NCBI RefSeq assembly: GCF_001194135.2
Contig: NC_068989.1
Coordinates: 80,723,783 to 80,787,782, forward strand
DNA from: Octopus bimaculoides
Taxonomy: Eukaryota
Direction of reading: 5' to 3'
DNA length: 64,000 nt
Part shown: piece by piece, positions 23,601-37,510 of the stretch
Position numbering within the stretch: position 1 is the stretch's first letter
Layout of the letters: the number at the start of each line of letters is the position of its first letter
Translations under genes and position numbers: made by a program
The notes under the pieces: generated by a model
The model's input: only the letters and a program-made list of their open reading frames with translations
Database searches by the model: none
What the model was told of the DNA's origin: nothing

Positions 23601-25632
23601 AGAGAAATTGAGAGAGCAAGAGGAAGGAATAGTGTATAAAAAAAAGAGGAAGGTAAATGGTTAGAAACCAAATGGAATACTGTTTTATGTGGGGAGAGGG
23701 AGTTAAGAGAAGAAAAGGCAAGTTGTGTAGATGCATATATATCAGAATGTGTCTGTGTCTGGAAGCAGATATTTTGTGGGGGGATAGATGCATGTGTTAG
23801 TGTGGTGTATGTATCTTTTATCTCTTATTTGTTTCAGTCACAAGACTGCAGCCATGCTGGGGCACTACCTTGAAGAATTTTTAGTCGAACAAATTTAGTC
23901 AAACAAATTTTTTTTTTTAACCATGGTACTTACTCTGTCAATCACTTTTGTCAAACTGCTAAGTTATGGGGGGACTGGAGTGCTTTCAGCAGTCTACTTT
24001 ACTATGTCACAAACATTTGGAATTGGTGTCTCTGAGCCGTAGATAACTTCTTTTTCTTCTTACAAGTCATGGAGACCTTGAAAAGAGTCGTTAACATCTC
24101 TGACTAAGCTATTGAAATATTAATGATATACACACACACACACACACGTATATATATATATATGTAAATGTCAAACAATGAGAATCAGTGCTCAACACCA
24201 CATTGGTCAAGAGAGAGAGAGAGAGAGATACATGCATATGCACACACACGCACGCACACACACACGTGTGTGTGTGTGTATATATATATATATACACCTC
24301 GAGTGCTATAATGACATTGCAGAAATGAATAAGATTTGCCAAATTTATCTAATCAAAACTAACCTGAAACTGACATAGATAGGATCAAGTACCACAAGGC
24401 ATATTTATTGTATTGGACTTGGTTATCTGATCTGAAAAGAAGTATCTGGTCACCTTTGTTGTTCATTTCATTTTTACTTTTTACATCTGTTTTTCCATGC
24501 TAGCATGGGTTATGTGAATATATTATTGCGGTATTATTTTACAGCCAAAACTCTTACAGTCATCATCATCATTTAACATCCTTTGTCCATGTTGGCATGG
24601 GCTGGCAAGCTGAAGAGCTGCACCAGGCTCCAGTCTGGTTTGGCATGGTTTCTATGGCTGGATGCCCTTCCTAACACCAACCACTCCAAGAATATGACAG
24701 GTGCTTTTACATCCCCCTGGCATGGGTGCCAGTTGCATGGCACCAGTATCTGCCACATCTACCATTTCACTTGGCTTGATGGGTCTTCTTCTCAAGCATG
24801 GCATAATGCCAGAGGTCTCAGCCATTTGTCATTGCCTCCGTGAGATCCAACACTCGAAAGGTGCTTGTTACGTGCCACTGGCACACGTGCTAGTTACGCG
24901 ACACCAGCATTGACCACATTGCCTCCATGAGGCCCAACACTCGAAAGGCGCTTTAGTCTCTTATTTTACATGTCTCTTCAAAGCTACCAAGCAAGCAGAT
25001 GATTTGTTGATGGGAGAAATTATCACAAGAGCACTGCTCATAGCCTGGTTACTTTCATGAAGCACAAAGTAAACAAACACACGGACACACGCCCATACAC
25101 ACATGCGCACGCACACAGATGCAGGCAAGGCTGTCTAGTTAAGAAATTTGCTTCCCAACCACAAGGTTTCCGATTCAGTCCTATTGCATGGCACCTTGGG
25201 CAAATGTCTTCTACAATATCCCCAGGACAACTCACACCTTGTATGTGGATTTGGTGTACAGAAACTGAAAGAAGCCTGTCATATATATGTATGTGTGTGT
25301 GTGAATATGTATATGTTTTTGGACCTTTGGCAGTTTGCTCTGCTTGAGAAGACACATCAAGCTAAGTGGAAGCGTAGTTGTGGCCAGTGCCAGTGACGTG
25401 TATAGCCCACTCAGTACACTATGTGGAATGGTTGGTGATAGGAAGGGCATCCAGCTGTAGAAATCAAGTCAAAATGGACAGACACTAAATAATAATGAGG
25501 ATGGGGAAATATTCCCTTGCCCGAAAACAAGTGTTGGCAACAGGAAGGGCGTCCAATCATAGAAAATCCACTTCAATAAAGTGTCTGACCCATGAAAAAG
25601 TGGACACTAAATCAATACGCATACATCACATT

Positions 25633-25676
<44 letters not shown>

Positions 25677-26499
25677 TGGATTTCTTACCATCTGCCTAAT
25701 TCATCCACAAGACTATGGTTAACCCAGGACTATCTTAAAAGGCATTTGCTCAAGATACCACCCTGGGACTGAGTCTGAAACCACATAATTGGGAAGCAAC
25801 CATGCCCTTCAGTGAAAGCCAAATAATTTGGATGTGGGTTGTTAAAGTGCTAGATAACTGGTTCTTGAGTTAGGAACTCATATATCATTGAAGATTATAT
25901 ATTGGGGAAAACTGTTTAGCACTGCTTCAGTTTACTTCACTAAAGAATGTAGCCAGGACTCACCCTGGAGTAGGTTAACTCTAGTAGACTAATATCTTAT
26001 CCAGGGATAAAGCTATCTCTCATCTGTTTATGTTTTATGAAGACATAGATGTAGCTCTAGCTGTAAGTACCATTGTAAATTATAAAAGAATGCCTTGAGC
26101 TTACTAGAATCATTTACATGATGTGTGTGGCAGGGTCCTCTAGAAATAGGAGCCAAATCTCACTCAAATGACACCCTGCTATGTTAAAGTAAGGGCTGAC
26201 TTGGGTATAAACAACAATTTATACTGATGTATATTTTGTTGTACCCTTAGTTTCTCTGTTCAGCAGCTGTTACCTACAAATTGAACATGGTACCTGCTAA
26301 ATCAACAAAGAGCCTCTGCATAGTCACACAACTTGCTAAAACTAGCAGCTAAATTGTCCTTAAATCACACGCTATCATTATAAAAGCAGAAAGGGCTGCA
26401 TTAAACAATGTGGTTCTATATTACATATACATCAAAAAGAGGTGATGTGGTCATGACTGGAATGCCTTCAATTATTGGTCTGCTCAATATATGTTTATA

Positions 26500-26746
26500 C
26501 AGGGTTGGCCAAAAGTCACCCGACACTAAATCAAAATTCCATAAATACTATCTGTAATTTTGTATTGATTCGAATGGGAAACTGTGTTGCTTGAGAAGGA
26601 CTTCAGTTTGAACAATTGTCATGATGTTTCCTATTTAGATGCTTTTATTAAATTCATTCAGTTGCTAAATAAATCTTGGAATTAATAAATAAATCTTGGA
26701 GTTAAATGGTTTTGATTTACTGTCAGGTGACTTTTGGCCAAACTTG
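26500..26746. mobile_element. Tc1/mariner-type MITE
   Basis: 21-bp TIRs, 19/21 match (cagggttggccaaaagtcacc); TA on both sides. Confidence 0.85.
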
Positions 26747-26856
26747 TATATATGCACATACATAAACGTATGTATGTATGTATGTATGCATACACAGATG
26801 CAAAAGAAGGTGGAAAAAATAGCACTCTAAAATACTATTTTATTAAAGCTGAAGAA

Positions 26857-26914
26857 AACTTCACAAACTACTTGGCGAACAGTTACATGAAACTGAGTAA
26901 AAATTTGTGAAGTT
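26857..26914 (+). ncRNA. Decayed hammerhead-like motif
   Basis: 11-bp stem aacttcacaaa / tttgtgaagtt enclosing uUGgCGA-ACAguuaCAU-GAAA-CUGAGUA. Confidence 0.35.
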
Positions 26915-27510
26915 CTATTTAGGCAAAAATGAAATAGTATATGTGTGTGTATGTGTATATATATAATATAATGAAGGTGCATGGCTCAGTGGTTAGAGCG
27001 TTATGCTCACAATCGTGAGATAGTGAGTTCGATTCCTGGACCAGGCTGTGTGTTGTGTTCTTGAGCAAGGCACTTTATTTCACATTGTTCCAGTTCACTC
27101 AGCTGTAGAAATGAGTTGCGATGTCACGGGTGCCAAGCTGTATCAGCCTTTGCCTTTCCTTTGGATAACATTGGTGTTGTGGAGAGGGCAGACTGGTATG
27201 CATGGGCGAGTGCTGGTCTTCCATAAACAACCTTGCCCAGACATATGCCGTGAAAGATAACTTTCTAGGTACAGTCCCTTGTGGTCATTCATGACTGAAG
27301 GAGGTCTTTACCCTTTATATATAATACTGGTTATTCTTGTCCACCATATCTGAAGAGTCAGCAATATTACCAAGGTAAAATAGTCAGTGTGCAACTGATA
27401 ATAACTTTTCTAACCAAGTTATATACCCTAACCAGTAATATATTGTTCAACCGATTGATTCCTCATACTGAGTGTGCTTTTTTTTTCTAACTTATGGACA
27501 ACTGATAATG

Positions 27511-27519
<9 letters not shown>

Positions 27520-27590
<71 letters not shown>
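27520..27590. repeat. (CA)n microsatellite, one of many CA/TA/TG runs in the window
   Basis: Perfect run. Confidence 0.95.
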
Positions 27591-27592
<2 letters not shown>

Positions 27593-28402
27593 ATAGGTTG
27601 CTTTCTGTTTCTGTTTGCCAAATGTAGTCACAGGGCTTTACTCAGCCTGGATCTTATATTAGAAGGTGCTGTTCACAAAGAATGAACCTGAAACCACATA
27701 GTTGAGAAGCAAACTTCTTAACCATACAGCCCTTCCTGCTCTTGTTAACTATACCCATGCCAGAACATTTGGGTATTTTTCTATTATTGTTTTTTAATTC
27801 CTCTCCATATTTACAAATTGTTTTTATAGCTCTGCCATTAATTCTACAGAGTGAACCGTTGTGTTCTCCGGGGAAACGGTTTCAAGTTCTTGGATCAATG
27901 AGTATTTCTTCAATTTTGCTTCACTTGCAGCTTTACTTCCACCACAACCTTCTCTTCACTTAATTTGTTTCTTTAATAACCCTTTTAGAGATAACCGTGA
28001 CAGCATACTTGATGTTGATAGCAGCCAGCCAACTAAGTTATTGTTTCATTCTTAGTGTCTCTCGTTTTCCAAATCATTGTTGTACTTCCTATGTTTCCCT
28101 TCTACCTTATACATGCTGTTGTTAGCTAATGTTGTTTGGCATTCATCATTATCATCATGGTTACATATAGATGTATATGCACATACACACACATTTTCGT
28201 GGAAACACACTTGCTCGTCCAATACTCAATCCCTTTAGGTTTGAATATTTTTTTGCTTTTGATGTTGGGGTTAATTTTTGTGAATACTTTTTTTTTTTTT
28301 TGTCTTACATTTTTAATGCATTGAAAGATCTTGCAATTTCTGTTTTATTTTTCACTTGATAGAATCACCTTGATAAACTTGCATTTGTGTGTGTGTGTGT
28401 GT

Positions 28403-28432
28403 CTGATGATGGCATTGCTGGCCAAAACTTCA
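28403..28432 (+). ncRNA. Decayed hammerhead-like core
   Basis: CUGAUGA-U-GGC(auugcug)GCC-aAAAC; G12 replaced by A; stems I and III not recovered. Confidence 0.3.
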
Positions 28433-28861
28433 AAGTCATTCAGTGCTATTCTTATTAAAGAATAATAAATTTGTACTCCACAAAACTATGGGGTAATCCT
28501 TCAAATAAATGTAAAATTGTTTTTTAATATAATATATATAAGCAAACGGTTAGTAGTCCCACTGGTGTATTACTTAGTGTTTCATTCACAAGCAAACAGT
28601 TGTGATCCTTCAGGTGTCTTTCATGCTAATAGCTCATTCAGCAGCTGTTTAACTATAAATATCAACCGTACACAATGTGCAGTGCTGTCTTCTTCCCTCT
28701 GTACACAAACACACTCACATTTTTTTAATTATTTTTAATTGGAGAAAGTTTCATGAATGCTACTTAATGAATGTCATTCATGTACAAAACAACTCTCAAT
28801 GCTTGGGTCACCTTTTGTTTAACTTCCTGCCCTTTAAAAATAATTAAAAAGTATATATGTA

Positions 28862-28906
<45 letters not shown>

Positions 28907-30021
28907 NNNNNNNNNNNNNNNNNNNNNNNNNNNNNNNNNNNNNNNNNNNNNNNNNNNNNNNNNNNNNNNNNNNNNNNNNNNNNNNNNNNNNNNNNNNNNN
29001 NNNNNNNNNNNNNNNNNNNNNNNNNNNNNNNNNNNNNNNNNNNNNNNNNNNNNNNNNNNNNNNNNNNNNNNNNNNNNNNNNNNNNNNNNNNNNNNNNNNN
29101 NNNNNNNNNNNNNNNNNNNNNNNNNNNNNNNNNNNNNNNNNNNNNNNNNNNNNNNNNNNNNNNNNNNNNNNNNNNNNNNNNNNNNNNNNNNNNNNNNNNN
29201 NNNNNNNNNNNNNNNNNNNNNNNNNNNNNNNNNNNNNNNNNNNNNNNNNNNNNNNNNNNNNNNNNNNNNNNNNNNNNNNNNNNNNNNNNNNNNNNNNNNN
29301 NNNNNNNNNNNNNNNNNNNNNNNNNNNNNNNNNNNNNNNNNNNNNNNNNNNNNNNNNNNNNNNNNNNNNNNNNNNNNNNNNNNNNNNNNNNNNNNNNNNN
29401 NNNNNNNNNNNNNNNNNNNNNNNNNNNNNNNNNNNNNNNNNNNNNNNNNNNNNNNNNNNNNNNNNNNNNNNNNNNNNNNNNNNNNNNNNNNNNNNNNNNN
29501 NNNNNNNNNNNNNNNNNNNNNNNNNTATTAAATATTCATAAATTAAGAAAATAAAGTCAGAATATAAAAATAATTTGAGTTCAGTACTGTTTATAATTCA
29601 ATCTATTCTCTATGTACATTTAATCAAGCATCATAAATGAGTTTTGTAATAACACATATGTTGTATATTTAGCTGGAAGCCACTCTGTAGGATATAAATT
29701 ATATAACAAAGCAAAGCCTGCTTAAATATATTTTTGAGTATCTTTTATCCTTTTGTAGGATTTATTTTATTTTTCTTACTTGCTTGGATAAAATAATTCA
29801 AAAGAGATCTTTTTCATGAATTACTTTGCCAAGTAGCTACATTAGATATCTTTCCTAATCAGTGGTAAAATGGTTCTAGTATTCTTTCTTGGTTATATGT
29901 AAGTTCTATAAGAACAACAGTTTTCAAAATCCCAATGTTATATATATATATATAGATCGCTATGATAGATCGCTAACCACTACACACACTTTTTTTTCTC
30001 TCCTTGTTTCTTTCTGTGTTC

Positions 30022-30057
30022 CTTTCTGTGGAAGAGCGTAGGCTCGAAACGTTAAAG
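30022..30057 (+). ncRNA. Minimal hammerhead-like motif in a probable Penelope-type terminal-repeat relic
   Basis: CUUU-CUGugGA-A-GAGC(GUAG)GCUC-GAAA-CGUU-AAAG; palindromic ACGU stem III. Confidence 0.55.
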
Positions 30058-31890
30058 ACTTTTTCAATTCCCAAGCGTTATACTAATGCATCTATTTGTT
30101 TTCTGCACCACTTCATCTGTTGTTTTTTGGGGAATTCTCCCTATATATATATATATAACCATTTATAGAGATGAGTATCATGTTATTAACATTGGAGCCA
30201 CGTTCAAGAACAATAGTAACAATGTAATATAAATGTTTTCTCTTCATCCATCATCATTACTAAAAATAATAATAATAAAGTGGTAAAATGATCATGGCAG
30301 ACATCAGAACCATCTAGCATACATTAATGTCACTTTACATGGTGTGTGAATATTGTTAGACAGTGATATAGCATTCATTGGAGCATTCATTTGCATTATT
30401 TCTCCCTTGTCGTATTAACTGAGCACAGTGTTTGTGTGAGCTAACCATGTAATGTTCAGTTTGTTTCATTTGGAGGGGTGTTCATGCATATTGTCTCTGT
30501 TTCTCTTTCCAATCTTTTTGACAAAATGTAGTTCCTCTGCTTCTCTTTCAAAATTTAATTTTGGAAAGAATTTTTTGATGAAGTTTAGCTCCATATATAT
30601 ATATATCATCATCATCATCATCNNNNNNNNNNGCGATATATGTGTGTGCATACATACATACACACACTTCGTTTTTGTATTCAGTTAGCAAGATTCTTGA
30701 TGTGAATCCATGTGTTGAAATGAATCTTATATCTTGGGAGGGTCATAACTCACACACTGGTTCAATATCACTTCTTTATTGTTAGTCAACTAGTTAAATA
30801 TCTAACCAACTAACTAATCAATTGTTTGTTTAATGTGGTGGTTAAACAATCGATCGGTTTGGCAAAGTTCTTTCATCACTATTCATGACCTCATGAATGA
30901 CATGCCCTCTCTTTACAAGGTCTGAATCTTAGTGTTTTTTAAATAAATACTGTTGGGATGTAGCCAGTTTTTCATCCTTATTGGAACCATGGGAAAAGAT
31001 CTGATAAAGAGCACTATTATAGTGCCAGTTATTTTTAGCATAGTCTGGATTTGTTTTTTGAAATAAAATATTTAATCTAAGTTCAATATTTATATTTCAA
31101 ACACATTTTTCCAAAAAAAGTCTTTATCAGGATTAGAATATGATGCCAGTGCCGCTGGACTGCCTCCTGTGCAGGTGGCACATAAAATACACCATTTCGA
31201 CCATGGCCGTCGCCAGTACCACTTGACTGGCCCTTGTGCCAGTGGCACGTAAAAGCACCCACTACACTCTCAGAGTGGTTGTCATTAGGAAGGGCATCCA
31301 GCTGTAGAAACTGCCAAATTATATTGGAGCCTGGTGTCGCCTCCTGGTCCACCAATTCTCAGTCAAATCGTCCAACCCATGCTAGCATGGAAAGCGGACG
31401 TTAAACGACGATGATGATGATGCTCCAAGGTGCAATATAATTCCATTCTACTAGCTCTTGTTTTCATCAATAATTCCCATAAAAGTTTTGCATGGCAAGC
31501 ACTAATTCACGCTCAGTATAAAGGGGTACACGTTGGATGGTAATGCCTTAGAAAATATTGGTGATAAGCCATTGTGCAAAAATTGCTTTGGTTTGATTAA
31601 AATAATTTGCTTTCTTGGCTGAGGGTGGGGTGGGGTGTAAGACATTAGCTGGAGACATTGGTTAAATCTCATTTGATGTTTTAGAAATGCCATAAAAAAA
31701 GTGCTCTGAATTACAAAAGACTGGGAACCACTGTTTTTTATATATCAACATCCATTGTAATAAATATTACATTGAATTCTTTATAATATGTGTGGAATAA
31801 TCTTTTCTCTCACTTTTTAAAAATCTATCAGCATTGCCCAACTATGTCATTCATAATGCCATCCTAATTCCGTTTTGCTTTTATTTTCAG

Positions 31891-32638
31891 ACAATGGCAA
31901 AGTGTGTTGTCCTCTTTCTGAAGATTCAATATGATTACCATAGACATTGCTCTGAAGCTATTGCAGCTTTTCTTCAAAGAATAACCCAGCAAACAAATGC
32001 CGATGTACTTTCTTTGCTAGTTGCTCTCAATCTGACAGCAGTTAAGTTTCCTCAGAGCAGCACAAGCACTGCCATACCTTTATCTCAAATGAAAAATACC
32101 ACTGCAGACAAGTCAAAAACTGTTCTCCAAACATCAGAGATGTCAGCAGCTCCCCCTCTGCAATGTCTGGGAAACATTGCAAATCTACAGAATTCTGGGT
32201 CAGTAATGAAGAGCCATGAAGTGCTGGAAGCTGTACAGCAGCACCCTTCATCTTGTTCAGCTCTGCCTTATCCTCCTTGTCCATCAATTTCTCCATATCC
32301 TCCATCATCATCATCGTCATCTTCTGTGTTCACTACCCCATCACTGTCATCTTCCACAGATATGGCATTTTCTCTCTTTACCAAGACTAACAGTTTGTAT
32401 GCCCCTATCGGTGCGGCTGCTGGCCAGTCCCCACAGCTTAGTAGTAATAACCCCATATTGACTCCGGTTGTCAACCAAACTGCTGCTACTCAAACTACCA
32501 CAACTGCTGCTGTGGCAGCAGCACAATGTCCAGATCCAGGAGCCGCCTGGCCCAAACTTAATACAAAGCCAACCATCAGGGCTATTGGAAAGAACGAAAA
32601 GGGTGCAACTGCTTACACAAAGTCTTCTTCTACGAAAT
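31891..32638 (+). CDS. GARRE1: Second coding exon: end of helical domain, then Ser/Pro/Thr-rich disordered region
   Basis: Acceptor ttttattttcAG|ACA (phase 0, matches exon 1); donor T|GTGAGA (phase 1). TMAKCVVLFLKIQYDY resembles recalled human VLGRCFLTVVQVHFQF. Confidence 0.82.
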
Positions 32639-33139
32639 GTGAGATTTTTTTTTTTTTCTTTTGGAATTTTTTGATTTTTATTTATTTTTTTTTATGATTT
32701 GCATTTCTTTAGCAACATAAAATGTTTACTGATATTGTGTGTAGTGTTTAATTGCTTGAATTGCATTCTTGTATTTATTATTGCAGTACATATTCTGCAA
32801 CCAGATGCCCTTCTTGTCACTAATGTTCATGTCTTTCAAAGTAAGGTAATATATGTGTCTGTTTGTGTGTGTATGATTGTGTTTGTCTCTCCCTGTCTTG
32901 ATATAGCATGAAGGCTGTAAACGAGTATCATTGTCATACAAGCAGTGTCATTCCTGTCCAATATTCTGCAGAAGCACATCTGATCCAATACTTTTTTGTC
33001 ACCATTGCTCACAATGACAGCAGGACGGGCATCTGGGCATAGAATATCTACCTCAATAAACTACATTTGACCCATGGAAGCATGGAAAAGTGGATGTTAA
33101 AATGATAATGGTCATGATGACTATTATATATATGCAAGG

Positions 33140-33770
33140 AATGAAGCCAGTTTGCTCCACTGGATGTGTAATGTCAGTATGCATACTCAACAGTGTAAGT
33201 ACCTTGAGAGAAAAGTTGCACCTAAGAAGCATCAGATGTGGTGTGCAAGAGAAACGACTGCACTGGTATGGTCATGTGGTGAAAATGGATAAGGACAGCT
33301 GTGTGAAAAAGTACCACACCCTAGCGGTTGAGGGAACCTTTGGAAGAGGTAGACCCAGAAAGACTTGGGATGAGGTGGTGAAGCATGACCTTCGAACATT
33401 AGGCCTCACTGAGGCATTGACTAGTGATCGAGACCTTTGGAAATATGCTGTGCTTGAAAAGACCTGGCAAACCAAGTGAGACCATAACACGTGGCCTATG
33501 CCAGAGGTGTAACCAACCCACTTATGCGTACCTATCATTAACTGGATACTAAACTCTGCTTGCGAACACCTGTTGAGGCAAGTGAAATCAAAATCAAATT
33601 TGATGACAGCACCACATGACTGGCATTCGTGCTAGTGGAGCGCTGAGAGCACCATCCAAGCATGATTGTTGTCAGGGCACCCGACTGGCTCCCGTGCCAG
33701 TGGCACGTAAAAAACACCATTTGAGCATAGCCGTTGCCAGTACTGTGTGACTGGCCTTTGTGTGTGTGTG
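33140..33770 (+). mobile_element. RTE LINE 3' fragment
   Basis: LREKLHLRSIRCGVQEKRLHWYGHV...GRGRPRKTWDEVVKHDL followed by the same 3'UTR as the 795-1885 copy. Confidence 0.88.
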
Positions 33771-33810
33771 TGTGTATATATATATTTATGTGTGTGTGTG
33801 TGTGTATATA

Positions 33811-33853
<43 letters not shown>

Positions 33854-34869
33854 NNNNNNNNNNNNNNNNNNNNNNNNNNNNNNNNNNNNNNNNNNNNNNN
33901 NNNNNNNNNNNNNNNNNNNNNNNNNNNNNNNNNNNNNNNNNNNNNNNNNNNNNNNNNNNNNNNNNNNNNNNNNNNNNNNNNNNNNNNNNNNNNNNNNNNN
34001 NNNNNNNNNNNNNNNNNNNNNNNNNNNNNNNNNNNNNNNNNNNNNNNNNNNNNNNNNNNNNNNNNNNNNNNNNNNNNNNNNNNNNNNNNNNNNNNNNNNN
34101 NNNNNNNNNNNNNNNNNNNNNNNNNNNNNNNNNNNNNNNNNNNNNNNNNNNNNNNNNNNNNNNNNNNNNNNNNNNNNNNATATATATGTATATATATGTA
34201 TATATATATATATATATATACATACAACAACCTTCCTTCAGTTTCCGCCTATCAAATCCAATCACAAGACTTTGGTTGGCCTGAGGCTATAGTAGAAGAC
34301 ACTTGCCCAAGGTGTCACCCAGTGGGACTGAACCCAAAACCACGTGGTTAGGTATCACTCTTTTTACACACAGCCACTCCTGCAAGTTTATCATTTTGTT
34401 TCAAGGGATATTACAACATCATATGTTTACCTTATGTTACACCACATTTATGCAATAGATATTATTATATTCTTACTCATTCTGTTTTGGGTCAGCCTGA
34501 CAATTTCTAGGTCATCATGACTGCAATATAATGAACTTAATGTATGAAAGAAAATGCCTTCTTTGTCTCAACTATGAACTGTAAACCTAGAATTAATTAC
34601 TCCACCATAAATTCCCTTTTGGGTCAATATTATATATATATATAAATATTGTAATCAATATATATAGTCTTTTGTAATTTCTAAATGTATTTTGGTGGTT
34701 TTCTTTATCCTATTTTGGCATGCCTTTGTTGAGATAGTCAGATCAATTCTTTTATTGTATATTCCAATTACAGAGATGTTGATATTCATCACATCACACT
34801 TCATATGACCTTTGATTGAAACATCTGTACTGTGGGTGCTTATATAAAGAAACATATATTAATTCTACA

Positions 34870-35190
34870 TGTGCTTTATGTCGTAGGTGTAAGTTACCAA
34901 TTATCGCAGGGAAGAGATGGTGGGGGACAAGGAAGTGCAAATCGCTTTGTGTCTTCAATGTCTGATCTCTGTGTCTTGACATCTGTTGTTTTCCATCAGG
35001 CCTGTTCCCTCAACAATGACATATCGCCACATTGGTTAGTCCTTGGCAACTGTCTCCCAGATATTTGGATCAATGGAGCAGCAGAGAAGTGTGGCCTTGA
35101 GCTAGTCTCAGAAACAGAATTTAGGGGCTCTACATGGCCTGGTGCTTGTGGCCATTTCTACAAAGAGGAGTCATAAATACCCCTGGCTTT
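34870..35190 (-). mobile_element. Decayed APE-type endonuclease fragment of a CR1/L2-like LINE
   Basis: Minus strand reads PLNSVSETSSRPHFSAAPLIQISGRQLPRTNQCGDMSLLRE, resembling the APE N-terminal SETWL...IQIxGY..R.D..GG motif. Confidence 0.5.
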
Positions 35191-35894
35191 TCTATACCAC
35201 CCTTGGCCTGAACTGCCACCTCAGGCCCCAACACCCTTTGCACCCTTCAAGATGAAGTAGACCAATCACTGGCTACAGGTCTACTACTCAGATATGAGTT
35301 AATGCTGTCGATGATGATAAGTTATCACCTTGGGAATGTCTACTTTGTTTACTGTTATTAGCAAGAGTGTGTAATGTTAAAAAAATCCAAGCCATGTACT
35401 TGAACTAGTTTACAGATAGTATGTACCTTCTTTCCAGGTTTGTTTCGTAAATGCAGAAGATTATATAATATAAAAATTATATTCAGATCGATGCCAGCGC
35501 CGCTTGACTGGTCTCATGCCAGTGGCACGTAAAAAGCACCGTTCAAGCATGATCGTTGCCAGTGCTGCCTGGCTTCCATGCTGGTGGCATGTCAAAAGCG
35601 CCATTCAAGCGTGGTTATTGCCAGTGCCACCTGATTGGCTCCTATGCTGGTGGCACATGTAAAGCACCATTCAAGTGTGTTCATTGCCAGTGGCATGTAA
35701 AAAGCACCCACTACACTCTCGGAGTGGTTGGTGTTAGGAAGGGCATCCAGCTGTAGAAACCTTGCCAAATCAGATTGGAGCCTGGTGCACCAGGCTCCAA
35801 TGGTTTGCCAGTCTTCAGTCAAATCGTCCAACCCATGCCAGCATGGAAAGTGGACGTTAAACGATGATGATGATGATTCATATAAATATCTTAA

Positions 35895-36157
35895 TCCTTT
35901 TGTAACTAGATTTCTGTGGAGATACACTGACCTTGTTGAAATTAAAAAAGAAAATAATGAAGAGTTTAGTAAAATTAACATTTGTAAGCTTAATTGCATG
36001 GTTAAAATGTCTGCTTCACAATGACATGGTGGCAGCAATCTTTGTCGTCATTTAATGGGTGTTTGGAACTCAAATTAACTTGGAAAATTTAAATTTTAAG
36101 TTATGAATTTTCAATCAGAGAACAACGTTAGGCTCAGACAGTTTGATATCAAAAGGG
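35895..36157. mobile_element. piggyBac-type MITE
   Basis: TTAA|tccttttgtaac ... gatatcaaaaggg|tta; internal similarity to 43061-43271. Confidence 0.6.
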
Positions 36158-37223
36158 TTATGCTTGTGTTGCATGCTTTGCTCTCATGTACAAAACACCA
36201 TGTAGCGGGTGGATGACATTTGGGTGAAGAAATCTAACTAATGGTGATAGGAATAGTCTACAGTTTTATTTATTCACTCACCAATGCAGATAACTAACCA
36301 CTTACTTGACATACAACACCCGACTAGTATTTATTTTATTGGCCCTGAAAAAAAAAAAAAAACAGCTACAAAGTTGACTTCAGTGAAATTTGAACTCAAA
36401 ACGTAAAGGAAGCTCACTAAAAACTACGAGGTATTTTGTTCAGTACTTCCACTAATTCAACCAATCCTGATAAGGACATGTTGTGATATATATTTCACTT
36501 TTTAGCTTTTAAATAATCACTCCCATTAAATGCCCCAATTGTTACTGGCAGCAACAAAGAACTGATTGTTACTGTGATCTGGTTCCAGCTTATGTTAAAA
36601 AAACTGAAACCAATGTGTTTGAATGAGATTTTCTGTGATTCAAATATTTGTTGTTTGTTTTTCTCTTTTAGAGTCTATATTTGTAAAAGTTCTCTTCTAT
36701 CTGTTATCCCTCTCAACAAAATTTTTACAAATGACAATCTGAATATGTTCTTTTTCTTTAAAGAAGTTTAAGGCTTTTAAATGTGGAAGACAAAATTGTT
36801 TATTGTTCACTTGTCTTCGTGTCTTTATATAAATTAATACTGCTGGAGGGTTTGGGCCAAATACTCCAGCACTGTTAATTTATATTATATTAAGCATCAT
36901 CATCATTATTATCATTTTACAGCTGATTTCCATCCTGGCATAGGATGGACAGATTGCTGCACTAAGTCAGTTCTTATTCACAGTTCGTGCCCTGCTAGAT
37001 GGTCCAGAGAACTCATACACACACACATATGTATATATACAGTAGGCTTCTTTCTGTTTCCATCTACCAGATCCACTCACATTTCTTTGGTTGTAGTAGA
37101 CGATAATTTCTCATGGTGCCATGCAGTGGGCGTGAACTCAGAACAAAGTGATTGGAAAGCAAGCTTCTTAACCACACAGCCACATCTGCACTCATAATAA
37201 TAATAATAATGATGTCTTATTAA

Positions 37224-37510
37224 TCATCATCATCATCATCATCATCGTTTAACGTCCGCTTTCCATGCTAGCATGGGTTGGACGATTTGACTGAGGACTG
37301 GTGAAACCAGATGGCAACACCAGGCTCCATTCTAAATTTGGCAGAGTTTCTACAGCTGGATGCCCTTCCTAACGCCAACCACTCAGAGAGTGTAGTAGGT
37401 GCTTTTACGTGTCACCCGCACGAAGGCCAGTCAGGCGATACTGGCAACGGCCACGCTCGAAATGGTGTCTTTTATGTGCCACCCGCACAAGAGCCAGTCC
37501 AGGGGCACTC
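37224..37510 (-). mobile_element. RTE-3'UTR-derived short repeat family ((GAT)n tail). Other copies: 11074-11340(-), 20985-21150(+), 24565-24950(-), 31140-31420(+), 35485-35876(+), 62955-63235(-), 63850-64000(+).
   Basis: Same sequence as the 3' end of the RTE copy at about 1700-1885. Confidence 0.8.

Noticed and set aside
26975-27050. tRNA-like sequence with A and B boxes
   Set aside because: No proper acceptor stem, and it continues into a SINE body found elsewhere in the window.
35485-35710. Regularly spaced ggcacgtaaaaagcacc-type repeats resembling a CRISPR array
   Set aside because: They are internal sub-repeats of the RTE 3'UTR family, with related spacers, no cas genes and a eukaryotic context.
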